DNA from: an uncultured Lachnospiraceae bacterium
GTDB taxonomy: Bacteria; Bacillota; Clostridia; Lachnospirales; Lachnospiraceae
Reading direction: 5' to 3'
Length of the DNA stretch: 64,000 bases
Assembly: GCA_902793995.1 (NCBI GenBank)
Contig: CADBFP010000002.1
Location: forward strand, 100,639-164,638
A program made the position numbers and the translations under genes. The notes beneath the pieces were generated by a model that did not search any database, had not been told where the DNA came from, and saw only the letters and a program-made list of their open reading frames with translations. Positions 8,632 to 17,343 of this stretch are shown here, piece after piece; the stretch's first letter is position 1; each line of letters starts with the position of its first letter.

Positions 8632-9695
8632 GGTTTTTTCCGCTTTTCCCCGACTTTCATCCAGCCCAGGCCGCCACAGAAAAGGGCGGCCGTCGCCGCA
8701 ATGGCTGCTTTGGAATAATTCCGGCTATCGTACACCGGAGAAGTCCCGTCCGGCGCCACTTCCACCGGATCAAAGGGGACCCCGGTTTCGGCGCAAAGCT
8801 GCTTGATATTCAAAAGATGAATTGTTGGAATTCCCAGGGCCAGATAGCGCTCCACCAGGCCGCTGCTTTCCTTGATTTGCGGCTCCTGAGGCTTTAGCAA
8901 GCCCTGGCCGAAGCCCAGGGAAACATCCTCGTTGCCCAGACCTAAAATATTCCCCCCCACATTTACAAAAGCCTTAACAGGCCCCATCATTTCCATATGG
9001 ACCCGCACATTCTCCCCATAATCCGGATAAGCCGAAAGGGAAATCCCTTCCTGCTCCAGCCGCAGCTTCATCGCTTCTATCTCTTCCGTCTCCTCCAGGG
9101 CATAGCCCTGCATATTCCGACCCTCGTCCCCGGTTCCTCCCATGCTCACGCTTTGGGGCATGGCGGACAGATACCCTGCCTGCACCGCTGTCTGAATCAT
9201 TTCCGGCAACACATAGCCGGGCAAATTGGCCCCGTAATTGGAGGAGCCCAGGGAGCAGCTGTAACGGATATCCAGCCCCATCACCTCTGCCGCGCAAAGC
9301 ACCGCCAGATTCAGGCCCGGGAAGGAACCGGAAAAACAAGCCCCCACCCGCTCTCCTTTCTGCACCCCTGCCTCGTGAAAGAGCCTGACGCACAAAGCCG
9401 CAAAATCTGGCAGCTGCGCCGTGCGCTTGGCTTCCAGGCTCCCCAGGGAAGTGGTGATAGGCGTAATCTGCTCCCCCATCAAACCAATCTGCAGCGTATC
9501 CTCCGGCACCAGGGCATAGCCCCGGGCCAGGCGTTCCTTTTTTACCAGGGCCACCACCTTCCGATGCAGCGCAGCGGCTTCCTGCATTTGATCCGCGTAA
9601 GACAAACGAACCCGGCGGCCCGTCAGGTAAATACCCAAAGCGGCCAGGATCAGGAAAGCCAGCAGACAGAGATGATAAACAAAGCGTTTCTTCAT
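8628..9695 (-). CDS. poly-gamma-glutamate system protein (paralog 2)
   Basis: N-terminal TM helix. Shares QLPDFAALCV, FSGS.PGLNLA.LCAAE.MGL and GLVERYL...IHLL blocks with the adjacent paralog. ATGA start/stop overlap with the upstream gene. Lies downstream of pgsB-pgsC, as in non-Bacillus PGA loci. Confidence 0.6.
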   Translation of the reverse strand: MKKRFVYHLCLLAFLILAALGIYLTGRRVRLSYADQMQEAAALHRKVVALVKKERLARGYALVPEDTLQIGLMGEQITPITTSLGSLEAKRTAQLPDFAALCVRLFHEAGVQKGERVGACFSGSFPGLNLAVLCAAEVMGLDIRYSCSLGSSNYGANLPGYVLPEMIQTAVQAGYLSAMPQSVSMGGTGDEGRNMQGYALEETEEIEAMKLRLEQEGISLSAYPDYGENVRVHMEMMGPVKAFVNVGGNILGLGNEDVSLGFGQGLLKPQEPQIKESSGLVERYLALGIPTIHLLNIKQLCAETGVPFDPVEVAPDGTSPVYDSRNYSKAAIAATAALFCGGLGWMKVGEKRKKP

Positions 9696-10687
9696 GGCAC
9701 TATTTCGTAATACAAGGGCGATGTTCCGATTTCAGGCGGTCTGGCCGGGTCAAAGGGGATGCCCTGGGCGCAAAGATCCCGCACGCTCAAAAGGTGAATC
9801 ACCGGAAGTCCCCTGTTCAGATATCGCTCCACCAGGCCGCTCCGCTCGTTAACCTCCATCTCCCGGGGCAGAAGCAGGCCGGATTCCAGGGACAGAATCA
9901 CTGCATCATTGCCCCCTAAGGCCAGGCTGTTTCCGCCTGCATTCACAAAGGCCTTGATTTCCCCGTACAGGGCCTCGTGCAGGGCAATATCCTGGGCATA
10001 GCTTTCGATCGTTTCATAAGCCAGTCCCTCGGCAATCAGCCGCTCCTTCATGGTCTCAATTTCCCGTATCCATTCCTCATCTTCCAGCACATAGCCCGCC
10101 ATGTTCCGGCCCATATCGCCCCCGCCCCCCAGGGTTATCATCCCCGGCATGCGGGAGATGAGCCCTGCTTCAAAGAGAGTCTTCAGCATTTCCGGGAAGG
10201 TATATTCCGGGCAGTTGGCACCGTAAGTGGAGGAGCCCACGGAGGAAGTATAAACAAAGCCCAGGCCCATGGCCTCCGCAGCGCAAAGGGCTGCCAGATT
10301 CAGGCCCGGATAGGAACCGGAGAAATTAGCTCCCACCCGGTCTCCCCTCTCCAGACCGGCCTTCACATAATATTTCACACACAGAGCCGCAAAATCCGGC
10401 AGCTGGGAGGTGCGCTTTTCCTCCAATCCCCCGGAGGTAGTGGTCAGGGAGGTATAATGGGGGCCCATGATGCCGATGCCCCAAATATCCTCCTCCGCCA
10501 GTTCCGCCCCCCGGCGCAGCTTTTCCGCTTTAATGAGCTCACCTGCTTTCTGGTGCAGCCGGGCCGCCTCCTCCATCACATCCGCATAAGGAAGGCGCTG
10601 AATCTGCGCTTCTTTCAAAGGCGCTGCCCAAGATGCCAGCAGGGCCAGAATGCCCAGGATCCATTTGATCAGCCAACCGCCCGTCAT
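9692..10687 (-). CDS. poly-gamma-glutamate system protein (paralog 1)
   Basis: Paralog of 8628-9695. Start set at ATG 10687 (MTGGWLIKW), which forms an ATGA overlap with the pgsC stop. Confidence 0.6.
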   Translation of the reverse strand: MTGGWLIKWILGILALLASWAAPLKEAQIQRLPYADVMEEAARLHQKAGELIKAEKLRRGAELAEEDIWGIGIMGPHYTSLTTTSGGLEEKRTSQLPDFAALCVKYYVKAGLERGDRVGANFSGSYPGLNLAALCAAEAMGLGFVYTSSVGSSTYGANCPEYTFPEMLKTLFEAGLISRMPGMITLGGGGDMGRNMAGYVLEDEEWIREIETMKERLIAEGLAYETIESYAQDIALHEALYGEIKAFVNAGGNSLALGGNDAVILSLESGLLLPREMEVNERSGLVERYLNRGLPVIHLLSVRDLCAQGIPFDPARPPEIGTSPLYYEIVP

Positions 10688-11106
10688 AGCATGCCCACCC
10701 AAAGCAGACAAAGGGCGCAGAGAGCCGTCACCGTTGTGAGGGAAATGGCGGTTTTTACCGGGCCCTGACGCTCCAGATCCCGCACTAAAAGGGCCGGGAC
10801 AATGTATCCGATGACCCGGATGCCCAGGGGCAAAAGTCCGGTGATGCCAATCAGCCAGGTCAGCAGGAAGCTTAAGACCACATTGACGGCGAAAAGCCGC
10901 CGCCCGTAGAGGATAAGATAGCGCCCCAGCAGCTTATCCAGCCCCCAGACTGCCGCAATGATGGCCAGAGTATAGACAATCCGCCAGGGATCCGTGAGGC
11001 TCAAGGCAAAATAAACCGGCGCCACCAGGCCGCCGGTGGAAAGTCCGGTGACCTCGCTGTACAGCACCGCAATCAAGATACCCACTATGACGATTTCACT
11101 GTACAT
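10684..11106 (-). CDS. pgsC: poly-gamma-glutamate biosynthesis protein PgsC/CapC
   Basis: 140-aa polytopic membrane protein MYSEIVIVGILIAVLYSEVTGLSTGGLVAPVYFAL..., typical of CapC/PgsC. Overlaps the end of pgsB. Confidence 0.8.
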   Translation of the reverse strand: MYSEIVIVGILIAVLYSEVTGLSTGGLVAPVYFALSLTDPWRIVYTLAIIAAVWGLDKLLGRYLILYGRRLFAVNVVLSFLLTWLIGITGLLPLGIRVIGYIVPALLVRDLERQGPVKTAISLTTVTALCALCLLWVGML

Positions 11107-12250
11107 AAGCCCCCATCTCCTTTTCCTTCAGTTCCGCTTTCGCCCGTTCCACCAGGCGGATGCCCTGATTCTTGATATTCCCCACCGCCAGGATCAGGCG
11201 GGGATGGTCCGAGGCGAAGGGAATCTCCTCCGCCCTTTCGTACCCCTGTATGGCTGCGCCGGGCGCCGCCTTACGGCAAAGGGCCCCCAGGGCCTCCTGA
11301 TTATCTCCCAGCATCCAGACGGCCCGGGGCTGCATTTCCTTTACCAGCCGGGCCATATCCCGGGCCCGGGCTGGCCTGTCCCCCCGGTTGTTGATGAGAA
11401 TCACCAATTCTTCCTCTTCCGGCCCCCGGATCTTTTCGTAAATCATTTTCGTGGAGCTTACATCATTGGCGGAAAGAGCGTTCACCAAAAGAGTGTTGTG
11501 GCCCTCGTGGACTGATAAAGCGTAAGGATCCCGGATAAAGCTTTTTAAGCCCTCAAAGGCGGTTAGCCGCTCCACTCCCAGCGCCTGGCAGACCCCCAGG
11601 GCCAGGGCCACATTTTCCGGAAAATCCAGAGCGACGGCGCCGGGGAGATCCCCCAGGCTTTCCTCTTCCGTGATGATGAGCCTGCTGCCCAGCTGCCGGG
11701 CCCGGGCCTCCAGCATGTCCGGAAAGTCTCGCTCTGCCGTCAGAATAAGGCCCTCCTCCGGCAGCATTTCCATGAGACAGGCCAGAATCTCCTCCCGGGT
11801 CTCTCCCATCACATCCATGTGGTCCAGCCGGGCGTTGGTGATGACCCCCACATCGCAATGCAGCATATTTTTGCCGGAGACCCGCTGGTACTCCGGCTGC
11901 AGGGCCATGCATTCGATCACCAAAATGTCCGCCCCCTCCCGGGCTGCGATATGCAGATATTTGATCTGCTCCTTAATATTGGCCGGGGCATGGCGGATGA
12001 TCTCCTCCTGATGCCCGTCGGGATAAATGGCGATGGGCAGGGTACCGGTGGTTTTGCACAAGACCCGGTGCCCTCCGGCGGAAAGGCCGGCGGCGATCAT
12101 CCGGGTCACCGTGGATTTTCCCCGGGTGCCGTTTACATAAACCACATGCTTCAGCTTTGCCCTGTCCCGCCGCACCAAAAGGGCCTCCCCTATGAGGTAG
12201 AGGAGGTAGAGAATAAACAAAACCAGAATGATGAGCTCTGTTTTTGACAT
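11096..12250 (-). CDS. pgsB: poly-gamma-glutamate synthase PgsB/CapB (Mur-ligase-like amide ligase)
   Basis: N-terminal TM helix followed by VNGTRGKSTVTRMIAAGL (P-loop) and ITNARLDHMDVMG. This is the PgsB/CapB pattern. Confidence 0.85.
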   Translation of the reverse strand: MSKTELIILVLFILYLLYLIGEALLVRRDRAKLKHVVYVNGTRGKSTVTRMIAAGLSAGGHRVLCKTTGTLPIAIYPDGHQEEIIRHAPANIKEQIKYLHIAAREGADILVIECMALQPEYQRVSGKNMLHCDVGVITNARLDHMDVMGETREEILACLMEMLPEEGLILTAERDFPDMLEARARQLGSRLIITEEESLGDLPGAVALDFPENVALALGVCQALGVERLTAFEGLKSFIRDPYALSVHEGHNTLLVNALSANDVSSTKMIYEKIRGPEEEELVILINNRGDRPARARDMARLVKEMQPRAVWMLGDNQEALGALCRKAAPGAAIQGYERAEEIPFASDHPRLILAVGNIKNQGIRLVERAKAELKEKEMGAYVQ

Positions 12251-12318
12251 AGGTAAAGTATAGCACAGAACGCTGATTACTTCAATTTCGAAATCTCAGG
12301 ATGATCCCGAAAAAGGGA

Positions 12319-12352
12319 GAACCCATCAAGAGCAGTACCTCTTGATGGGTTC
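12319..12352. terminator. hairpin terminator between the M28 peptidase gene and pgsB
   Basis: gaacccatcaagag-cagtac-ctcttgatgggttc. On the minus strand it is followed by TCCCTTTTT. Confidence 0.6.
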
Positions 12353-12425
12353 GTTTTACCGTATGAACCGGTATCAGCGTTCAGTAGGTATATAGCATTT
12401 CAAGGCATTTTTGTCAACTGCTATT

Positions 12426-13673
12426 TTACTCTTCCTTCCGCTTCCGGGCCAGATATTCATCCAGCTGCTTCTTCACCTTTTCCGGAATTTCCCGCTTCAC
12501 CGGACACTTCACCGCATCCGCCATAAAGCGGGTAAACTCGGTGATGAAAGCCCCGTCTTTCAGCATCTGCTCATCGGACAAAAGCTCCGGCGTATCGTAG
12601 CGGTTGTGAATGGTAGCCTGGCTGGGGCCGGCGATCCGGGCAAAGGAAAGGGCCGGCACGCCCTTATCCGCAAAAGGCGTGGAATCGCTGGAATAAACCC
12701 CCTGGGAGGCATTGATGCCGAAGCCCTGGGCCGCAGCAAAATACTTGATGAAAGTTACCAGCCCTTCATCGGCGCTGACCCGGGCCAGGAAGTGGCCCAT
12801 ATAAGTGCCGATCATATCCAGGTTGATATTGAGAGCCATCTTTTCCAATTCCTTCTCATGAGCCGCCACATAGGCTTTGGAGCCCAAAAGCCCCCGCTCC
12901 TCGCTGCCGCAGAACACAAAGCGCAGGCCGTAGCGGTGGGGCTTGTTCTTTAAGGCGTCCATGACCATCAGCAGGCCGATGCAGCCCGTCATATTGTCAT
13001 AGGACCCCCGTGACAGAGGGGTGGTATCCAGATGGGCAGACAGAACAATCCATTCATCTGTGGTGCCGGGGATTTCCGCCACTACATTGTGTGATTTGCC
13101 CTTGCCTTCCTTCTGCTGCACTTTGATTTTGGCGCTGCGGGCGCCGCCTTTTACCAGAGCAAAAGCATCCTTGGCATTGATATTCACCGCCAGGATTTTC
13201 TTGCCCCCTTCACCTACCACATGGGGCCGCAGCTCCTTTAAGTCGATATCCCGGTCCTTGTAATGCACATTGCCGTCGTAGGTGATAATGCCCTTGGCGC
13301 CGTTTTTCAGCAGATCCTGATAAGTCCAGTAGCCCACTCCCACATCCAGCAGGACAATGCTGTCCTTGGCCTTGGTGAGGGATGCCTGATCCAGCTCCGG
13401 CAGATAAACCAAAGGAGCTTCCACCTCCCCGCTGCCGCAGAGCCTGAAGCCCTTGCAGGGGATCTCCTTCTCCTGGCCATTCGCCAGCTTTACCGTCAGG
13501 GAGGCGGCCTTCACATCCGCCACCGCCACTTCAAAGCTTTCCAGCTTGGCCTTCACACCCATTTCCTCGCAGCGGGCCTTCAAATACTCCGCCACCTTCT
13601 TCTCCTCGGGACTTCCGCTGATGTGGATAAAGTCCGTGTCCTTCAAAATCTGCCGCACCTGTTTCTTGTTCAT
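12426..13673 (-). CDS. M28 family metallopeptidase with PA domain
   Basis: SAHLDT, YDNMTGCIGLL, FVFCGSEERGLLGSKAYV, NLDMIG and SSDSTPF blocks of M28 aminopeptidases. Start at ATG 13673 (MNKKQV) with GGAGGA upstream. Confidence 0.8.
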   Translation of the reverse strand: MNKKQVRQILKDTDFIHISGSPEEKKVAEYLKARCEEMGVKAKLESFEVAVADVKAASLTVKLANGQEKEIPCKGFRLCGSGEVEAPLVYLPELDQASLTKAKDSIVLLDVGVGYWTYQDLLKNGAKGIITYDGNVHYKDRDIDLKELRPHVVGEGGKKILAVNINAKDAFALVKGGARSAKIKVQQKEGKGKSHNVVAEIPGTTDEWIVLSAHLDTTPLSRGSYDNMTGCIGLLMVMDALKNKPHRYGLRFVFCGSEERGLLGSKAYVAAHEKELEKMALNINLDMIGTYMGHFLARVSADEGLVTFIKYFAAAQGFGINASQGVYSSDSTPFADKGVPALSFARIAGPSQATIHNRYDTPELLSDEQMLKDGAFITEFTRFMADAVKCPVKREIPEKVKKQLDEYLARKRKEE

Positions 13674-13734
13674 GCTTCCTCCTATCACGTGCTCGTTCTT
13701 GCCCTCCCCCGGACGCGGGGGAGGGTGTCAGCCT

Positions 13735-14334
13735 TCAGGCTGACGGGCGGGGGCCATTGGCATCCGCCTCGTGTGCTTCCAATCGCCTTACCACCTCCGC
13801 AATGGGCAGGCCCACCACGGTAAAATAATCCCCTTCAATCCGCTTCACCAGCCGGCAGCCCTTTCCCTGGATTCCGTAGGCTCCCGCCTTATCCATGGGC
13901 TCTCCGCTGGCTACATACGCATCGATTTCCGCTTCGCTGAGTTCATAAAACTCCACCTTTGTTTCGGAAATGAAGGTGTCCGCATCCTCCTCATCACTGT
14001 AAATCAAAGATACCCCGGTGAATACCGAATGCACCTTGCCGGACAAAAACTGCAGCATTTCCTTCGCTTCCGCCTCGTCCTTCGGCTTTCCCATCAGACG
14101 CCCCTGGCAAAGCACGGTGGTATCCGCCCCGATAATGATATCCCGGGGATGAAACACGCTCATGGCCGAAGCCTTCAGTTCCGCCAAAAAGCCGCTGCGC
14201 TTCTCCAAAGGCACGGATTCCGGAACATTTTCCGGAATATCACTGGGCAGAATAATAAACTTCAGCCCTGCCATCTTCATCAATTCCTGCCGCCGGGGGG
14301 AGCCGGAAGCCAGAATGATATTCTGATGCGCCAT
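13735..14334 (-). CDS. maf: Maf-like nucleoside triphosphate pyrophosphatase
   Basis: IILASGSPRRQELM...GADTTV...GKP...AGAYGIQG motifs. Confidence 0.9.
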   Translation of the reverse strand: MAHQNIILASGSPRRQELMKMAGLKFIILPSDIPENVPESVPLEKRSGFLAELKASAMSVFHPRDIIIGADTTVLCQGRLMGKPKDEAEAKEMLQFLSGKVHSVFTGVSLIYSDEEDADTFISETKVEFYELSEAEIDAYVASGEPMDKAGAYGIQGKGCRLVKRIEGDYFTVVGLPIAEVVRRLEAHEADANGPRPSA

Positions 14335-14433
14335 ACATACTCTCCTTTTTCGTTAAGACTCGCTCTCATTATGCCACATCGGCCCGCAAATGACAAGCCA
14401 AAGACCTTTTATGGGCTATTTTTCGAAATTCCT

Positions 14434-14529
14434 ATGTATGTGACCTGGGATCAGCTGATTCAGCTTGGATTACTCATTGTTGCTCTCATAGCTTTAATCC
14501 GCAATATGCGGAATAAAAGAAACAGGTAA
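14434..14529 (+). CDS. Hol-Tox-like type I toxin peptide, copy A (31 aa, ORF intact)
   Basis: MYVTWDQLIQLGLLIVALIALIRNMRNKRNR has a short polar N-terminus, one TM helix and a basic tail. No SD or promoter is seen upstream in this copy. Confidence 0.5.
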   Translation: MYVTWDQLIQLGLLIVALIALIRNMRNKRNR

Positions 14530-14610
14530 CCGCTTCTCTCCTAAGTGACGGTTACCTGTTTAACATGTACCGCACAGGGAGCGACCACCTGTGGGAGGGC
14601 TCATCCGTGC
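14510..14610 (-). ncRNA. candidate antisense (antitoxin-like) sRNA, copy A
   Basis: Runs from the predicted start ~7 nt below the -10 to the shared terminator. The 5' part GCACGGAUGAGCCCUCCCACAGGUGGUCGCUCCCUGUGC is conserved in all three copies. Confidence 0.5.
14521..14560. terminator. bidirectional hairpin shared by toxin A and the antisense RNA
   Basis: aacaggtaaccg...cggttacctgtt overlaps the toxin stop codon. On the minus strand it is followed by TTTCTTTTATT. Confidence 0.65.
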
Positions 14611-14616
14611 GTTTAG

Positions 14617-14645
14617 AGTATAAACGATTATGGAGTGGGCGTCAA
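14617..14645 (-). promoter_or_regulatory. promoter of antisense RNA, copy A
   Basis: On the minus strand: TTGACG (14645-14640), 17 nt, TATACT (14622-14617). The same hexamers and spacing occur at 49838-49866 and 56229-56257. Confidence 0.65.
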
Positions 14646-14664
14646 TTGTTTTTGGGAGAAAAGC

Positions 14665-14726
14665 CAAATCATAAATATCACCCGAAAAGTTCAAAGGCGG
14701 CAACCACCTGCAGCTTTTCTTCGGAC
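14665..14726 (+). repeat. left 62-bp direct repeat (relic copy of the 3' end of the APH-like gene)
   Basis: caaatcataaatatcacccgaaaagttcaaaggcggcaaccacctgcagcttttcttcggac is identical to 24823-24884. Confidence 0.9.
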
Positions 14727-14958
14727 GCGGTTCTTTGACACCCACAACCCTCAAAAAGGCAGATGTGGCCTTTTTTTTGCATAATGTCGGGTATCGTCAG
14801 AAAAAATCTTGATAGTCTATGGCGTTATGCGGCTATGAAATTCTCCTCCTACCCTACAATGGACATTTCGGAAAGCTTTTTTACCCATTCCCGAAAAATA
14901 ATTTTTGGGGTGAACTGAAATCGTCGAACTACCTTTGCCGTCCCAGCGCTCATGTTTC

Positions 14959-15080
14959 CGGTTGCCGAAAATAAAAAAAGCACCGGAACGGTGCGCAGCC
15001 GATTTTGAAAAAAGCGTTCAAAGGGGTTTGGGGAGTTTTCCCCAACAAGCAAAAAGTAGATCCACGCCACCTTGCTTGCC
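14959..15080 (-). repeat. left ~122-bp inverted repeat flanking the R-M operon
   Basis: Its reverse complement aligns with 23304-23425 at roughly 80 percent identity by eye (ggcaagcaagg...ttgttgggg.aaa..tccccaa.cccctttgaacg.ttttt.caaaatcggct.cgcaccgt). It contains the hairpins ttggggaaaactccccaa and gcaccggaacggtgc followed by a T-run. Confidence 0.8.
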
Positions 15081-15306
15081 GATGCTAATCCGTCAAACCA
15101 ATATCAAGCAGTTGGAAAATGATAGGGGTGTGTTTCCTCAACCCACATGGCAATTTTATTGCAAGCAACGTCCCTGTACGGGCAGCTTGTCAGGGGGACC
15201 CCCGAACCCCCAATTATCATCAGAAGCAGAGGGAAGCGAAAAATGACATTCTGCCTTTGGTAGTTGAAAAAGCGGATTTTATGTTGAGAATAGTCGGATT
15301 AGAGTT

Positions 15307-15336
15307 GAAATAGGAGGAAATTTGTGTAATAATGAT
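15307..15336 (+). promoter_or_regulatory. possible promoter of the R-M operon
   Basis: TTGAAA followed about 16-17 nt later by TGTGTAATAAT (extended -10-like), ~45 nt upstream of the XRE gene. Confidence 0.35.
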
Positions 15337-15379
15337 AAATATAATTGAAGGTGCGATTCGTATAACGGAGGTTTGCATC

Positions 15380-15604
15380 ATGTCCTATTCATATAACAAG
15401 CTCTGGAAGCTGCTGATTGACAAAAACATCAACAAGACCACCCTGCGAAAGCAAGCAGGGATCACCTCGAATGCCATGGCAAAGATGGGGAAAAATCAGC
15501 CTGTCAACATGGAAGTGTTGGCAAAGGTTTGCCATGCGCTCGGTTGCGGGATAGAAGACGTAGTGGAAATCATCGACGACGAGCAGCCGGAGGCGCAATC
15601 ATGA
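15380..15604 (+). CDS. XRE-family helix-turn-helix protein, first gene of the R-M operon
   Basis: MSYSYNKLWKLLIDKNINKTTLRKQAGITSNAMAKMGKNQPVNMEVLAKVCHALGCGIEDVVE is a single HTH_XRE fold. SD ACGGAGG. Its stop overlaps the hsdM ATG (ATGA). Confidence 0.8.
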   Translation: MSYSYNKLWKLLIDKNINKTTLRKQAGITSNAMAKMGKNQPVNMEVLAKVCHALGCGIEDVVEIIDDEQPEAQS

Positions 15605-17343
15605 CAGATAAAGAACTAAAAACCTTAAAAGATAACCTCTGGCATGCGGCGGATGTGCTGCGTTCCGGAGCACATTTGGCGGCGAACAAATACGGTCAGC
15701 CGATTCTGGGGCTAATCTTCCTGCGCTATGCGGATATTCTCTTCAAACAGCATAAGGATGCAATCGATACGGAATATGGGAATCGTCTTGGCACCCGCAT
15801 GGAGAAAAGCCGCAAGGAAATTGCCATCGAAAAATGTGGCTTTTTCCTCCCGGAGTGTGCCTATTATGATTATATCAACGATGCGCCGGACACGGCGGAG
15901 AAAGCCGATCTGGTAAAAAAGGCCATGGAGGCCATCGAACAGGAAAACCCCAAGATGGAAGGGGTTCTCCCCAAGGAGGTCTATGCTCAGCTGGTACCGG
16001 AGGAAGAACCGGAACTGCTTTCCAGCATCGTGCGCATTTTCAAGGATATCCCGGAGAACTGTACGGTAGATATTTTCGGCGAAATATATGAATACTTCCT
16101 GGGAAACTTCGCCCTGGCGGAGGGCAAAGACGGCGGCACATTCTATACCCCAGCTTCGGTGGTACGCTATATGGTGGAGGTGCTGGATCCCCAGCCCGGG
16201 GATAAGAAATTCCTGGACCCGGCCTGCGGTTCCGGGGGGATGTTCGTGCAGGCCGCCCGGTATATGCACGCTCACAATGCCAGCGAAGCGGAGCAGATGA
16301 AGTTCCGTTGCTACGGCGTGGAGAAGGAGCCGGACACCGTGAAGCTGGCTAAGATGAACCTGTTGCTGAACAATGTTCGAGGCGATATCACGGAGGCCAA
16401 CTCCTTTTATTCTGACCCATACAACGCCCTTGGTGCTTTTGATTATGTAATGGCGAATCCGCCTTTTAATGTAGATGAGGTCTCCTTTGATCGCGTCAGC
16501 GGTGATGCGCGCTTTAATACCTACGGCGTGCCCCGCAATTCCACCAAATCGGCAAAGAAAAAAGCTGATAAAAAAGAGACCGTGCCCAACGCGAACTATT
16601 TGTGGATCGGCTATTTTGCCACAGCCTTGAACGAGCGTGGCAAGGCGGCGCTGGTTATGGCTAACTCCGCCTCCGACGCAGGCAAGAGCGAGTATGAGAT
16701 CCGAAAGAAGATGATCGAAGAAGGTATCATCAGCCAGATGGTGACGCTGCCCTCCAATATGTTTTCCTCCGTCACGCTCCCGGCCACGCTGTGGTTTTTT
16801 GACAAACACAAGCCCCAGACGGAGAAGAAGGACGAGATCCTGTTCATAGATGCCCGGGGCGTCTTCACCCAGGTAGATCGGGCCCACCGCAAGTTCAGCG
16901 ACGAGCAGATCAAGAATCTGGGTATCATTACCCGCCTGTATCAAGGCGACACAGGGGCGTATGCTACGCTGATTGCGGAGTATCGGGAGGCATTGACCGC
17001 CGCACCGGAAACTGCCGAGGACAAGGAAAGCAAGACCAAGGCCTACTGGCAGGCCCAGATTGACTGGCTGACCGAACGCTTTCCGGACGGTATTTACCGG
17101 GATGTGATCGGCCTGTGCAAGGCGGCGAAGCTGGAGGGCGAGGACGGCATCATCGACCAGGACTATTCCCTCAATGCCGGGCGCTATGTAGGCGTAGTCA
17201 TTGAGGACGACGGCATGACCGAGGAAGAGTTCAAGGAGACCATGCTGGGCCTGAACGCAGAGTTTGAGGCGCTCAATGAAGAGGCGAAGAGGCTGGAAGC
17301 GGAGATATCGTTGAACTTGAGAGGGTTGTTTACAAATGAGTGA
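15601..17343 (+). CDS. hsdM: type I restriction-modification system, DNA methyltransferase subunit M
   Basis: HsdM N-terminal LWHAADVLRSG...ILGLIFLRY, SAM motif DPACGSGGMF and catalytic MANPPFN. Confidence 0.95.
   Translation: MTDKELKTLKDNLWHAADVLRSGAHLAANKYGQPILGLIFLRYADILFKQHKDAIDTEYGNRLGTRMEKSRKEIAIEKCGFFLPECAYYDYINDAPDTAEKADLVKKAMEAIEQENPKMEGVLPKEVYAQLVPEEEPELLSSIVRIFKDIPENCTVDIFGEIYEYFLGNFALAEGKDGGTFYTPASVVRYMVEVLDPQPGDKKFLDPACGSGGMFVQAARYMHAHNASEAEQMKFRCYGVEKEPDTVKLAKMNLLLNNVRGDITEANSFYSDPYNALGAFDYVMANPPFNVDEVSFDRVSGDARFNTYGVPRNSTKSAKKKADKKETVPNANYLWIGYFATALNERGKAALVMANSASDAGKSEYEIRKKMIEEGIISQMVTLPSNMFSSVTLPATLWFFDKHKPQTEKKDEILFIDARGVFTQVDRAHRKFSDEQIKNLGIITRLYQGDTGAYATLIAEYREALTAAPETAEDKESKTKAYWQAQIDWLTERFPDGIYRDVIGLCKAAKLEGEDGIIDQDYSLNAGRYVGVVIEDDGMTEEEFKETMLGLNAEFEALNEEAKRLEAEISLNLRGLFTNE

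Noticed and set aside
14849-15070. 73-aa ORF on the minus strand, and the similar 102-aa ORF at 23177-23485 (shared ..GE.SP.PFERF.QNRLRTVP..), as a duplicated gene
   Set aside because: The similarity is explained by the 122-bp inverted repeat. Differences between the copies show no clear coding pattern. The segment is dominated by hairpins and a terminator, and there is no SD.
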